This document shows positions 32,080 to 44,619 of a stretch of 64,000 nt of DNA, piece after piece. Below the pieces are notes generated by a model, which searched no databases, was not told the DNA's origin, and worked only from the letters and a program-made list of their open reading frames with translations. The DNA is from the human T2T-CHM13v2.0 reference genome, Homo sapiens, in the NCBI RefSeq assembly GCF_009914755.1, contig NC_060929.1; one strand, 5' to 3'. Position 1 is the first letter of the stretch; each line of letters begins with the position of its first letter. Made by a program: the position numbers and the translations under genes.

Positions 32080-32625
32080 GCACACACTCTAAAGCCTTCA
32101 GGGGCTTCCTAACTGAGCTCCTTCCCATGGCCTGCCAGGCCCTCCATGCTCTGGCTCCTGGGTGCTCCTCATTTCCTGCCACTCCCCAACACTCCTGGTG
32201 ACCCAGCCACACTGGTCTCCTTGCTGCTCATCGGACACATTGCGTCGTTCCTATCTCAGGGCCTTTTCCTCCCTGCTGCTTCTTCCAGGAATGCTCTTCC
32301 CACAGCTTTGAGTTTGGGTTGCTCCCTCACTTCATCCACACCCCTACTCTAATGTTATTTCGTCAAAGAGATCTCCCTAGCCTCCCTTTCTGGCACCCCA
32401 CTGCAACTCACTATCCTTTTACCCTGACTTACTTTTATTTGTAGCCTGTATCACTACCTACCATGTAACTTATCTACTTATCTGTTTATCATCTGCCTTC
32501 CCCTTCTTCCCCACCACACTATAAAATCCATTAGGACAAAATCATTGTCTTGTTCAACACTGTATCACCAGGACCACAGAGTGCCTGAATTATGGTCAGT
32601 GCTCAAAAGGGATTTGTTATCAACT
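32080..32625 (+). mobile_element. L2 3' fragment
   Basis: atggcctgccaggccctccatgctctggctcctg, ttccaggaatgctcttccc, tgtcttgttca.cactgtatc. Confidence 0.7.
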
Positions 32626-33344
32626 GCGCTCTGTCATTTTACACATCAGATACTGAGGTCAGGCAAGGTATAAAGACAGCAGGGGCAGGAGCAGTGGCTT
32701 CCCCTCTGACTGCTCCCACCATGCCAACCATTTCTATTTCTGAGCATGAGTAGAACTCACTACCCATACCCCGCCGCCCCATACCTGACTGTGTACTGCC
32801 TTGTCCTGGTCTCGAATCACTACAAATCACGCTTGGCAAGTTTGTATCGAAAGCAATGTTTGCTTTAGTGGGATCTGGCAAACCCAGGGTCCCCAAAGAC
32901 CACTAAGCAGTCACCAGCACTGAGTTTTAGAAATGGCTGGCTTGTTTTATTACCAGTTAATAGCATTTGTATTTGTGCTTTTGCAAATAACCATGAGAAA
33001 TCAGTCATCAGGCATGAGTGATATGAGAAAATTAAGGACAAGGTCCTAAAAAATGGGCTGGGGATGAGGACTACGGTTCAGTAACTGGATCAAGTGTGTG
33101 AAGACTCAGGGGAAAGAATTTACATGGGGTATATGCTGTTCAAGAAGGACTAAAATTCGGGGCCAGATGCTACTGCATCTCCTCCTCCCCCACCACACAC
33201 ACACATTCGAAGGGCTATGGAGGGCACCTTTTTTCTTTAGGGAAAATTATCCCATTTCATTCATCCTACAAACATGAGGAGTGGCTGTGTTTTCAGCAGT
33301 GCCAATGAAAATCCCAAGTCCTGGGTCTCTGAGAGATACTTTCT

Positions 33345-33570
33345 TATGTGGTTAAGAAGAATCAGGATGCATAAACTTGAATCCTTTCTCTACCATTTAT
33401 TTGCTCTAAGATCTTGGGCAAGTTATGTAAAGTTCTCTCTGTTTTCTATCTGTTAAATGGAAATAAAAATGATACCAGTTGTATGGGTTGTTGTTGAGAT
33501 TAAATAAAGAACTGCTGGTAAAGTGCTTTTTACATTATCTGCCAAGCAGAAAGGGCTCAATGCATTTTAA
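33345..33570 (+). mobile_element. MIR
   Basis: tcttgggcaagttat...gttttctatctgttaaatggaaataa...gggttgttgttgagattaaat. Confidence 0.65.
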
Positions 33571-34405
33571 ATAAGTAAATATATATCCCTGAGTAAAGCA
33601 GGGAGGAACCAGCCCAGCCAATGGCTTCCCTGTTTTCAAAACCACCCTGCTTGTCCTTCCAGAGGAATAAGACCAAATTCCTGGGGATTTTGGTTCACTC
33701 CTTGGTCAGCAACCCTGCAGATTTATTTTTTCTAGTCATTTCAGGCTCTGTGTCTAATGATGCCAAGTTACCTGGCTTTATGGTGAGTATGAAGCTGAAC
33801 GCTAACTGCGGAAACTCCCCGGGCCAGGCAAAGCCTTGGAAAGTGAAAGTGGCTGTGAAGGCAAAGGTGCCACCTGGTCTTTCCCTAGGGAGAGCAAGAC
33901 CCCAAACTGATCCTTATCATGAGATTCTGGGTACTGAGGTGAACTTGGGCTTGCAGCTTTGCAGTGAGTTTGGAGCCCACCTCTTTGAAGGCAGATTTCA
34001 TGCATGCTTTCTTTGTGTAAAGTATTTTGAGAAAGTAGATGTATTTGAAGATGTTAATTTGGGCAGAGGACTATCCTCAGGTAATGCTGGGTGCACTTGT
34101 GGGAGTGGGGCCAAGCACCAGCTACTGCAGATAAATGTGCTGGCTCTGATCTCTGGTACCTCTGTTGAGTGACAAGCTCTTACAGAAACAAAGGAAGTGG
34201 CGGTATAGCAGGGACAGTCCCTTGTGGGGACTGTAAATGGCTGAGACTGCTACCATCTGCTCTTCTCGATTCAAATATTTAACAGGAGGTTGAAAACACA
34301 GAAGTTCCCATGAAATTACCAGTTTTTTTCCCCCGAACTTAATTTCTGTCAAGGAGAGGGAGGGGTCCCTTGTGTTAAACGTCTGCTTTTCAGTTTTCGA
34401 GACTG

Positions 34406-34419
34406 CCAGGAGATGGCGC
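34406..34419 (+). promoter_or_regulatory. Candidate CTCF core motif within a small CpG-retaining unique patch
   Basis: tgCCAGGAGATGGCGCca is a near-consensus CTCF core; several CpGs survive at 34380-34660. Confidence 0.5.
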
Positions 34420-35309
34420 CAGGGCTTGGTTCTTAATGGGTTCCTTGGCGCACCAAAGAAAAGACATGCTCGGCGTGGGGATGGAGGCCTCCGTCTCGGC
34501 GTTTCCATGTAACTCGTTTCTCAGGATATCTGAACAGAAACCCTGGCCTTGACATTCCTTGGGTTAAATGGGCTTCTTTTTTCATCTGGCCGGGAATTGA
34601 GTTTCTGGTCATGGCGCGCTACATTTTCAGTCATCGATTCTCCTCAGAGGGTCGCACGACTGATGTTGTCTCTGGACATATGCTAATAAGAAACCAGAGA
34701 GAGCTTGGAGAGGGATTTTGAATGCATTAGAACTTTCCAGCGTGTTGCATAAAAAATAGAAAGTAGAGGTCATGTTATTTGGGAAATAGTAGACGTGTTG
34801 TATCATACCGTTTTTTTTTTCTTCTTTTCAGACCCTTTTCACTGATCTGTTGCTCTTAGCCCAGAAAACGGTATAGCTGATGCCAGAAATTACAGCACGT
34901 TCTGCTAGGAAGTGTTTACACTTCAGGGCTGAACTCCTAGCACGATTAATAAACATCACCACCACAACATAAGAACGACTGAGCATGTGGTACCTATCCG
35001 CTCATTTAACCCTTACAGTAATCTGGGATATGTCCTTTATGATGTACTTTTTTCAGGCTAGAAAACTGAAGCTTAGGTTCAATAATTTGCCTAAAGTCAT
35101 TCAACGTGTGATCAGAAGAGTAGAGATTGAAACTCAGACCATCTGACTCCAGGCCCACGAGGTTGTCCCCGGCACCCTACTAGAACAGCAATTTTGGGGG
35201 TAACGGGGCACCCCGGAGGCAGTGCTCAGTGGTTCCAGGTAGCTTGGTGTGCAGAGAGGCACCCAGGTATAGAGATGTGGTAGTCGTTTAGTGTTCACTG
35301 TGTCATGTG

Positions 35310-35800
35310 AGCGCTGTGTCATGTCCTGTGGCTTCTCTCAACACCGTGTGCAGAATCCAAACTTCCCCAGGCCTGCAAGCTCTGAGCTCTGTTCCCCTCT
35401 CCTATCCTGCTTGGTCACCCTCCAGGCATCTTTCTCCTTCCAGAACTTGCCAAGCCCATTTCTGCCTCAGGCTCTTTGCACCTGAGCTCTCTTCCCTTAA
35501 CTCCTCACTGGCTGGCTCTTTTTCCTCAGGGCTCAGCGCAGACAGCCCTTTCTCACCCCATGATGTAAGGAGGCTCCCTCTGCCTCAAGGCCTCCTGACT
35601 CCTCACTCTGTTTTATTCCTTTATCGCACTTGTAATGATCTCTAAGTATCTTGTTTGCCTGGGTATCGTCTGTTTTTCTCTCATTGGAATGTAAACTCCA
35701 TGAGGAGGGGATTGGACAGTCTGGTTCATTGCTGTATTCCTGGAACCTAGAACATGCCAGAAACAAAGGAGGTGCTTAATAAACATTTATTGAATAAATA
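35310..35800 (+). mobile_element. L2 3' fragment
   Basis: gaatgtaaactccatgagg, gttcattgctgtattcc, ggtgcttaataaacatttattgaataaat (L2 3' terminus). Confidence 0.75.
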
Positions 35801-35968
35801 TGATGGGGGAATGTGATAAAAGCAGCAGGAGTTGTGGTCCCACCTGTCAGGAGGCTCACAGGACAACGAGAGAGCCCAGGTTGGCATGAAACAACTGAAG
35901 ATCAATCATGGCAAGGGTGGTAGTGGCCCAGAATAGTGGTCACAAAAACAGATTCTGGGGCTTACCCA

Positions 35969-36237
35969 CCTTGGGAGGCTGAGGCAGAAAGACGGTTTAA
36001 GCCCAGGAGTTTGAGAACAACCTGGGCAACAAAGTGAGACCCTGTCTCTACAAAAAAATAAAAAAAATTATCCTGGTATGGTGGTGTGACCCTGTAGTCC
36101 TAGCTACCTGGGAGGCTGAGGTGGGAGGATTGATTGAGCCCAGGAGGTCGAGGTTGCTGTGAGTTGTGATTGTACCACTGTACTCAAGCCTAGGTAACAG
36201 AGTAAGATCTTGTCTCTAAAATAAAATAAAATAAAAA
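35969..36237 (+). mobile_element. AluJ-like, 5'-truncated, inserted in a MIR (~35920-36440)
   Basis: gagcccaggaggtcgaggttgc and a (taaaa)n tail; MIR core gcctcaattttctcatcagtaa resumes afterwards. Confidence 0.85.
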
Positions 36238-39200
36238 TAGATAAATCCTGACTCCAGTACTCACTGGCTGTGTGATCTTGGCCAAGTTATTTAGCTCTTT
36301 CATGCCTCAATTTTCTCATCAGTAAGTTGAAGATAATAATATTAGTAATATTAATACCCACTCATGGAATTGTTTAAGGATTAAATGAGATATATATGAG
36401 TGCTTGGAATGGTGACTGGCACATAGTGCTCTATAAATATTTTTTAAGTAAATAAAGGTATAATTAAGCAGAAACCTATGGCTTTAGAAATTCAGAAAAA
36501 TGAAAATGCCAGTGTTGGGGAAAGCCCTGTTTCTTGGAGGTGGTTGGATTTGGATTGAGGAAGACAGGGAGTCTGAGGGGATATTTGCACTTGCTCTGGT
36601 GCCTCATTTCTATGTAAATATCTATTCAAGAAAGATTTGTTTATTGATTTATTTTTGTTCAATAAATATTTATTGAGCATTTATTATGTGTCAGTGCCTA
36701 GGATGCAGCAATAAAATTGTAAACAGTACAAAATGAATTTCATTGATTTAAAAAAATTTTTTTTCTTTTTTTTGAGGAAGATGCTCTTTTTTCTCATTTC
36801 TTGAATTGGATTCTTGACTTGTATACTTTCAGGAAATATTTATTAAGCATGAGCAAAAAATGGTTAGTAAATCATCCCTCCCAGCCCCACCCCCAAAGTA
36901 TGCTAAGAATTTATTATATATAATGGGAGTTTTTTAAAAAAACGTTAGTATTGTTTGGACTTAACATACAGAATGATGCTCTAGAAAACCATAGCCTCTC
37001 TTCTTCCTCCAGCTACAGTCTTTCCTGTCCCAGTTAGGGTACAGGTTCTGAAATGAACCTCGACTGGCTCTAGGTGACTCTGCTGGAGAGAAGTTCAAAT
37101 TCCTCACTCTCTCCTCTTAGTTCAATTCAACCAACATGCACTGAGAGCTAACTTTATGCAAGGCAGACATGCGAGTGTAGAGAGGGTAATAAAAATGACA
37201 TCCTTGATAACACAAGCATCTAGAAGAAGTTTAGAATGAATAGTGGCCCCAGGCCTGCAGTGCAGAGAGGAACCATGATGGGAGCCGGAGGGGAACGGAC
37301 AGAAGGCCCAGGCCCAAGACGGGACTTCATGTCGCAGAGTGAAACTGGCTCCCAGTCCCCAGGTGGAGGTGGCTCTGAAAGATGACAGTGCCTAAAAAAT
37401 AGCAACAACATTGAAAACACAATGAAATGCTCATTTTTATATCAAGGGAGGGTGAGTTTTAGAGAAGGGCTCTGTGCATTTTCAACAAGGTGGGAGATAA
37501 ATGGAAAGAAGCCTTCTCTTGGCTGTAAAGACAACATCAAAGCTTCTCTATTGATCCAAGGGAAATAATTACAGCGATATCCTGAGAGAGTCAATGGACT
37601 CCCAACATAGAATTCCACGTCTGATTTATGCAATCTCACCCATTCCCAACACATGGCCTCGGGACACAGTGGCAAATAATAACATTTAATTAAAACACAT
37701 AAAACAGAAGCATCAATGACAGCCAAGTCAAAATCAATATAATGCTAATTTCTAAAGATGGTGCTTGCATGAGGTCCAGGGGGTCAGCAGCAAGGGATTT
37801 CACGACAAAGAGCCTTTGTGAAAGGGAGCAGACTTCCATTTCCTGTGGCTGGAGTTACAGACCGCAGAGATCCTATAGCTCAAATCCCTCACTGCACAGA
37901 AGATAAACCGAGGTCTGGAGAACTGAGAATTTCATAATAGAGTCAGTAGTAGCATAATAATCTGACTTTTAGGCTTGTGTTCTTTGTTCCTGTGTCATTC
38001 TCCCTTTAAGTCTCAGAGTTCTTGGTAGGAATGCCCTCTCACTTCAGATGGAGTGCCGAAGTCAATGGAAGAAAGCCACCCATCAGTGGCACAGGTGTCT
38101 CTAAACCTGACAACACATGACATCTTCCATGGCTGACTGCATCTCAACAAAGGTTTTTAATCGGCAGCCTGCAGTGTGACGTTTCTAAGTCAAATTGCTT
38201 CTTTGTGCCTGCAGGTCCCCTTCCTGTCACTTGGATTTGGTCAGAGAGCTCACAACCTCAGCTGCACCATCTGCTTTTTCAGAGGACAAGGAGACCCTCA
38301 TGGCCCAGAAGAAATGGCAAATGAAACAAATTCTCCTTGAATTCGTGTAGAACATAATTCTGCAACAGATAGAATTTCCTTTTCATCCAAATAGATCACT
38401 TGGGTGATAAATGTTAGAAACTGAGTAGGTTGCATGGGGTTAAGATTACATTGTGTTTTCATCAGTTCCCAGCTCTTGGTCTGAAATTTGGGCACAGAGT
38501 TCTGGAAACTCTGACTTTTCAAGAAGTTGCTTGGCATTGTTCTCTTTGACTAAAATGGAAAATGGGAGATGCTTCAAGTCTTAATTGCATTTGCAGTCTT
38601 TGGTAGATCTTATCAAATTGCAATTGTGAATAATCTTTGGGGTTGCAGAAGTGTGAGACTGAGGTGGTCGTGGGAGTATAGACTCCAAGATGGCTGATTT
38701 CTACTCGGTAGCAGACTCTGTCTGAAAATGCTAACTTTACCCTTGCTCACAGACTGGAGAACAGGCAACATGGCCTGTGCCCTTCTGGTTATTTGGTTCT
38801 CTGTGTGAAGGTGTTGGGTAGAGGGTGTCACTGGGCTGGCGGTCTTACAGCATAAGCAAACAGATATCTCCTTTTAAGAGCTATTGGATTGGTGACCATA
38901 GAAAACTGGAAGTGCTTGGCAAATCTTGTCTAAATCAGGGGTTCTCCCAAACTTTCTAAATAAAGGGCTTAGGGGTGCCAATCTGGTTCAAAGGGGGTCA
39001 GCTAGGGACTTGTTCTGCAACAGAGTTTGCATAATAATTTAAACTACCATTGATTGAAAATTTATTTTGCAGTGAGAATGCTTCATTTAATCTTCAAAAC
39101 AACCCTATGATGGATGTTTTATTATTAACCTTACTGTACTGATTTCCAGTTGAGGCATTGTGAGTAACTTGCTCAAAGTCATACACGGGTGGTGAAGAAA

Positions 39201-40039
39201 GGACTTAAGCCAATGTAGTTTTACTCCAAAATCTATACACTTGTCCATTATACAACCCTGCCTTTTAGTTGTGAGCATGATGTCTATTACTTAGATGTGA
39301 TGCTTATTTGGGGTGGCTGATGGAGATGATGGGGGTGGTAAACTTCCTCCACCCAAGCCACTTGTCTGAAGGTTTTTAGCTGCATGTATTTACTCTGGAG
39401 AGCTTAGTCTGTAACTGAAAACAGGATGAATCCAAGCAGGTCTGCTGGTGAACCAAGAACCTGCTGGAGCTTTCAGTGATGAAAATCAGGGAGAAGAGCT
39501 AGGTACAAACATCCAGTTGTCAGAGTTTAGCTAATAGCGCAGGCACTGTCTACCAAAGAGGTAAAAGCTAGCCAGCAGAGTGGTAGAGAGAGTTCCTGGC
39601 ACGTAAATAATTATTTTTCTCTGTCTTTGTCACAGACATACAAAGTATTTCAAGGGAACCTTGTTCAGGAACCTTAGAAGGGCCAGTTGAGGCTGTTCCT
39701 CTCCTTGTTTTAATAGTTGAAGCAGACTGAAGAGAACATTTGTGGCTAGTGCTGCAGAAAAAATCACCAATGGCTGAAAAAAAAATCAGTTGAACAGCTT
39801 TTGGTATCAGGATAGCTGTTGGACCTGGAGCTGTGGATAAACTTTAAGGGTGATAATGTCATAGGAGATTCACAGATTTAATTCTATTGAAGGAGAGAAC
39901 CCTTATGGGATTAACCAGTCTTTAAAAAAAAGTTGACTGGTGACAAAAATACCTAATTGTGGATTTGCAAAAATGTTTTATTTATTAAAATGATACATGC
40001 TAATGAGGTATAAGAAAAAATATTTACAAAGAAGAAATT

Positions 40040-40850
40040 CCTTCATTTATTCTACAAATAATTTTAAAGTATCTACTATGTGCCAGATATGGTTTAGGCA
40101 CTTGGGACTCAGCAGTGAACAAAACAGACAAAAGTAGCTGCCCTTGGGGAGCTGAACCCCTAGCACGGGAGGCAGATACGAAAGGTAATAATTAAGTAAA
40201 GTACATAATTAGTATATGAGAAGATGGTAAGTGGTATGACCAAAAAAAAAAACAAAAACAAAAAACAAAAAAAGAAAGTAACAGAGGAATGGGGAAAGAG
40301 AGTTGAGGCAGAGAAAGGAGCAGCTTTCTAATTTGAAAGGATGGCTGAGATAAGCCTCTTTGAAAAGGTGTCAACTGAGCAGAGACTTGAATGAGGTGAG
40401 AGTGAGGCTTGGAATATTGATGGGTAGGATGTTATGGGCAGAGGCAATGGCAGATGCACCAACCCTAAAGTGAGAAAAGTCCCCTGTGCCTCAGGAGATG
40501 GGGTCAGAGAAAGAGTAGGCAATGGTGAGGTCAGAGGCAATGAAGACCAGGGCATAAGTGAAATGGGGGCCCTTGGAGGGTTTCATCAGAGGTGTGAGAT
40601 AACCTGACTTTGTATTTTAAAAGGTTTATTCTAGAAGCCATGGTGGAGGAGCAGGGGACAAGCAGGGAGGCCAGTCAGGAGGTTCATACTGTCATCCAAG
40701 GAAGAGAAAATGGTGGCTGGGACCAGGGTGGTAGCAGTGGAGATGGTAAAAGGGGCCAGGATTCTGGATAATCTTGAAGTTACAGCCAATATAATTTCTG
40801 AGGGACTAGGTGTGGCAGATATCAGAAGAGGAAGAGTGAAAAGATGATAC
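40040..40850 (-). mobile_element. L2 element, outermost host of the nest; resumes at ~51430-52180
   Basis: ttcatttatt...atctactatgtgccag...cagcagtgaacaaaacagacaaaa...ggaccagggtggtagcagtggagatgg; continuation tttttggcttgaacaattg...gttcagttttagacatattaag after 51430. Confidence 0.8.
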
Positions 40851-40851
40851 C

Positions 40852-41117
40852 AGCTGGGCGCAGTGGCTCTTGCCTGTTATCCCAACACTTTGGGAGGCTG
40901 AGGTGGGTGGATCACTTGAGGCCAGGGGTTTGAGACCAGCCTGGCCAACATGGCAAAACCCTGTCTCTACTAAAAATACAAAAATTAGCCAGGTGTGGTG
41001 GTGCACACCTGTAATCCCAGCTACATGGGAGGCTGAGGCATGAGAATTACTTGAACTTAGGAGGTGGAGGTTGCAGTGAGCTGAGATCACCCCACTGGTC
41101 AAAAAAAAAAAAAAAAA
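40852..41117 (+). mobile_element. AluS with ~35 bp missing near the 3' end
   Basis: Dimeric Alu that jumps from gagatcaccccactg directly to gtc plus poly-A. Confidence 0.92.
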
Positions 41118-42417
41118 GATTACTCCGGATTCCTGGGCAAGATGGCTGAATAGGAGCAGCTCTGGTCTACAGCTCCCAGTGAGGCCAACTGCATTTCCAA
41201 CTGAGGTACAAAGTTCATCTCATTGGGACTGATTAGACAGTGGGTGCACCCCAAGGATGGCAAGCCAAAGCAGGGTGGGGCATTGCCTCATCCAGGAAGT
41301 GTAAGGGGTCAGGGAACTCCCTCCCCTAGCCAAGGGAAGCCGTGTGGGACTGTTCCTTGAGAGACAGTGCTATCTGGCCCAGATAGCACTTTTTCCCACT
41401 GTCTTTGCAACCCGCAGACCAGGAGATTCCCTCGGGTGCCTATACCACCAGGACCCCGGGTTTCAAGCACAGAACAGGGCGGCCGTTTGGGCAGACACTG
41501 AGCTAGCTGCAGGAATTTCTTTTTTATACCCCAGTGGCACCTGGAACGCCAGCGAGACAGAACCTTTCACTCCTCTGGAAAGGGGGCTGAAGCCAGGGAG
41601 CTGAGTGGTCTTGCTTAGTGGATCTCACCCCCATGGAGCCCAAAAAGCTAAGATCCACTGGCTTGAAATTCTCGCTGCCAGCACAGTAGTCTGAAGTTGA
41701 CCTGGGATGCTTGAGCTTGGTGGAAGGAGGGGCGTCTGCCATTAATGAGGCTTGAGTAGGTGGTTTTCACCTCACAGTGTAAACAAAGCCACCCTGAAAT
41801 TCGAACTGGGTGGACCCCCTGCAGTGCCACACAGCCGCTGTAGCCAGACTGCTTCTCTAGATTCCTTCTCTCTGTGCAGGGCATCTCTGAAAGAAAGGCA
41901 GCAGCCCCAGTCAGGGGCTTATCGATAAAACTCCCAGGGCAGCTGTGGGATCTGCTTCAGCAGACTTAATCCTGCCTGCTGGGTCTGAAGAGAGCAGCGG
42001 ATCCCCCTGCACAGCGTTCGAGCTCTGCTAAAAGACAGACTGCCTCCTCAAGTGGGTCCCTGACCCCCGTGCTTCCTGAGAGGGAGAAACCTCCCAGCAA
42101 AGGTCGACAGACACCTCATACAGGAGAGCTCCAGCTGGCATCTGGCAGATGCCCCTCTGGAATGAAGCTTCCAGAGCAAGGAGGAGGCAGCAATCTTTGC
42201 TGTTCTGCAGCCTCCGCTGGTGATACCCAGCCAAACAGAGTCTGGGGTAGACCTCCAGCAAACTCCAGCAGACCTGTAGAAGAAGAGGGTGACTGTTAGA
42301 AGGAAAACTAACAAACAAAAAGCAATAGCACCAACATCAACAAAAAGGGCAACCATGCAAAAACCCCACCTGAAGGTCACCAAAATCAAAGACCAAAGAT
42401 AGATAAATCCATGCAGA

Positions 42418-43415
42418 TGAGGAAAAACCAGTGCAAAAAGGCTGAAAATTCCAAAAACCAGAATGCCTCTTCTCCTCCAAAGGATCACAACTCCTTGCCA
42501 GCAAGGGAACAAAAGTGGATGGAGAATGAGTTTGACAAATTGACAGAAGTAGGCTTCAGAAGGTGGATAATAACAAACTCCTCTGAGCTAAAAATTCATG
42601 TTCTAATCCAATGCAAGGAAGCTAAGAACCTTGATAAAAGGTTACAGGAACTGCTAACTAGAATAACCAGTTTGAGAAGAACATAAATGACCTGATAAAG
42701 CTGAAAAACACAGCATGAGAACTTTGTGAAGCATACACAAGTATCAATAGCCGAATCAATCAAGTAGAAGAAAGGATATCAGAGATTGAAGATCAACTTA
42801 ATAAAATAAAGCATGAACACAAGATTAGAGAAAAAAAATAAAAGGAACAAACAAAGCCTCCAAGAAATATGGGACTATGTGAACAGACCAAACTTATGTT
42901 TAATTGGTATAACTGAAAGTGACAAGGAGAATGGAACCAAGCTGAAAAACACACTTCAGGATATTATCCAGGAGAACTTCCCCAACCTAGCAAGACAGGC
43001 CAACATTCAAATTCAGGAAATACAGAGAACATCACAAAGATACTCCTTGAGAAGAGTAACCCCAAGACACATAATCGTCAGATTCACCAAAGTTGAAATG
43101 AAGGAAAAAATGTTAAGGGCAACCAGAGAAAAAGGTCAGGTTACCCACAAAGGGAAGCCCATCAGACTAACAGCAGATCTCTCTGCAGAAACCCTACAAG
43201 CCAGAAGAGAGTGGGGGCCAATATTCAACATTCTTAAAGAAAAGAATTTTCAACCCAGAATTTCTTATCCAGCCAAGCTAAGCTTCTTAAGTGAAGGAGA
43301 AAGAAAATCCTTTACAGACAAACAAATGCTCAGGGATTTTGTCACCACCAGGCCTGCCTTACAAGAGCTCCTAAAGGAAGCACTAAATATGGAAAGGAAA
43401 AACTGGTACCAGTAA
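42418..43415 (+). pseudogene. LINE-1 ORF1p, disrupted
   Basis: MRKNQCKKAENSKNQNASSPPKD..., EIWDYVNRPNL, TPRHIIVRF, YPAKLSF across two frames. Confidence 0.9.
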
Positions 43416-44584
43416 CTGCAAAAATATACCAAATTGTAAAGATCATTGACACTATGAAGAAACCGCATAAACTAATGGGCAAAATAACCAGCTAGCATCA
43501 TAATGACAGGATCAAATTCACACATAACAATATTAACATTAAATGTAAATGGGCTAAATGCCCCAATTAAAAGATAAAGACTGGCAAATTGGATAGAGTC
43601 AAGACCCATCAATGTGCTGTATTCAGGAGACCCATCTCACATGCAAACACACACGTAGGCTCAAAATAAAGGGATGGAGGAAGATTTACCAAGCATATGG
43701 AAAGCAAAAAAAAAAAGAAAACAAACAAACAAAAAAACCAGGGGTTGCAACCCTAGTCTCTGATAAAACAGACTTTAAACCAACAAAGACCAAAAAAGAC
43801 AAAGGACATTGCATAATAGTAAAGTGATCAATGCAACAAGAAGAGCTAAGTATCCTAAATATATATGCACCCAATACAGGAGCATCCAGATTCATAAAGC
43901 AAGTTTTTTTTTTAATTTTATTATTATTATACTTTAAGTTTTAGGGTACATGTGCACAACGTGCAGGTTTGTTACATATGTATACATGTGCCATGCTGGT
44001 GTGCTGCACCCATTAACTCATCATTTAGCATTAGGTATATCTCCTAATGCTATCCCTCCCCCCTACCACCACCCCACAACAGTCCCCAGTGTGTGATGTT
44101 CCCCTCCCTGTGTCCAAGTGTTCTCATTGTTCAATTCCCACCTGTGAGTGAGAACATGTGGTGTTTGATTTTTTGTCCTTGCAATAGTTTGCTGAGAATG
44201 GTGGTTTCCAGTTTCATCCATGTCCCTACAAAGGACATGAACTCATCATTTTTTATGGCTGCATAGTATTCCATGGTGTATATGTGCCACATTTTATTAA
44301 TCCAGTCTATTGATGTTGGACATTTGGGTTGGTTCCAAGTCTTTGCTATTGTGAATAGTGCTGCAATAAACATACATGTGCATGTGTCTTTATAGCAGCA
44401 TGATTTATAATCATTTGGGTATATACCCAGTAATGGGATGGCTGGGTCAAATGGTATTTCTAGTTCTAGATCCCTGAGGAATCACCACACTGACTTCCAC
44501 AATGGTTGAACTAGTTTACAGTCCCACCAACAGTGTAAAAGTGTTCCTATTTCTCCACATCCTCTCCAGCACCTGCTGTTTCCT

Positions 44585-44587
<3 letters not shown>

Positions 44588-44619
<32 letters not shown>

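Noticed and set aside
33621-34172. 183-aa ORF in unique sequence
   Set aside because: No recognisable domain or coding-like composition; an ORF of this length can occur by chance in 64 kb.
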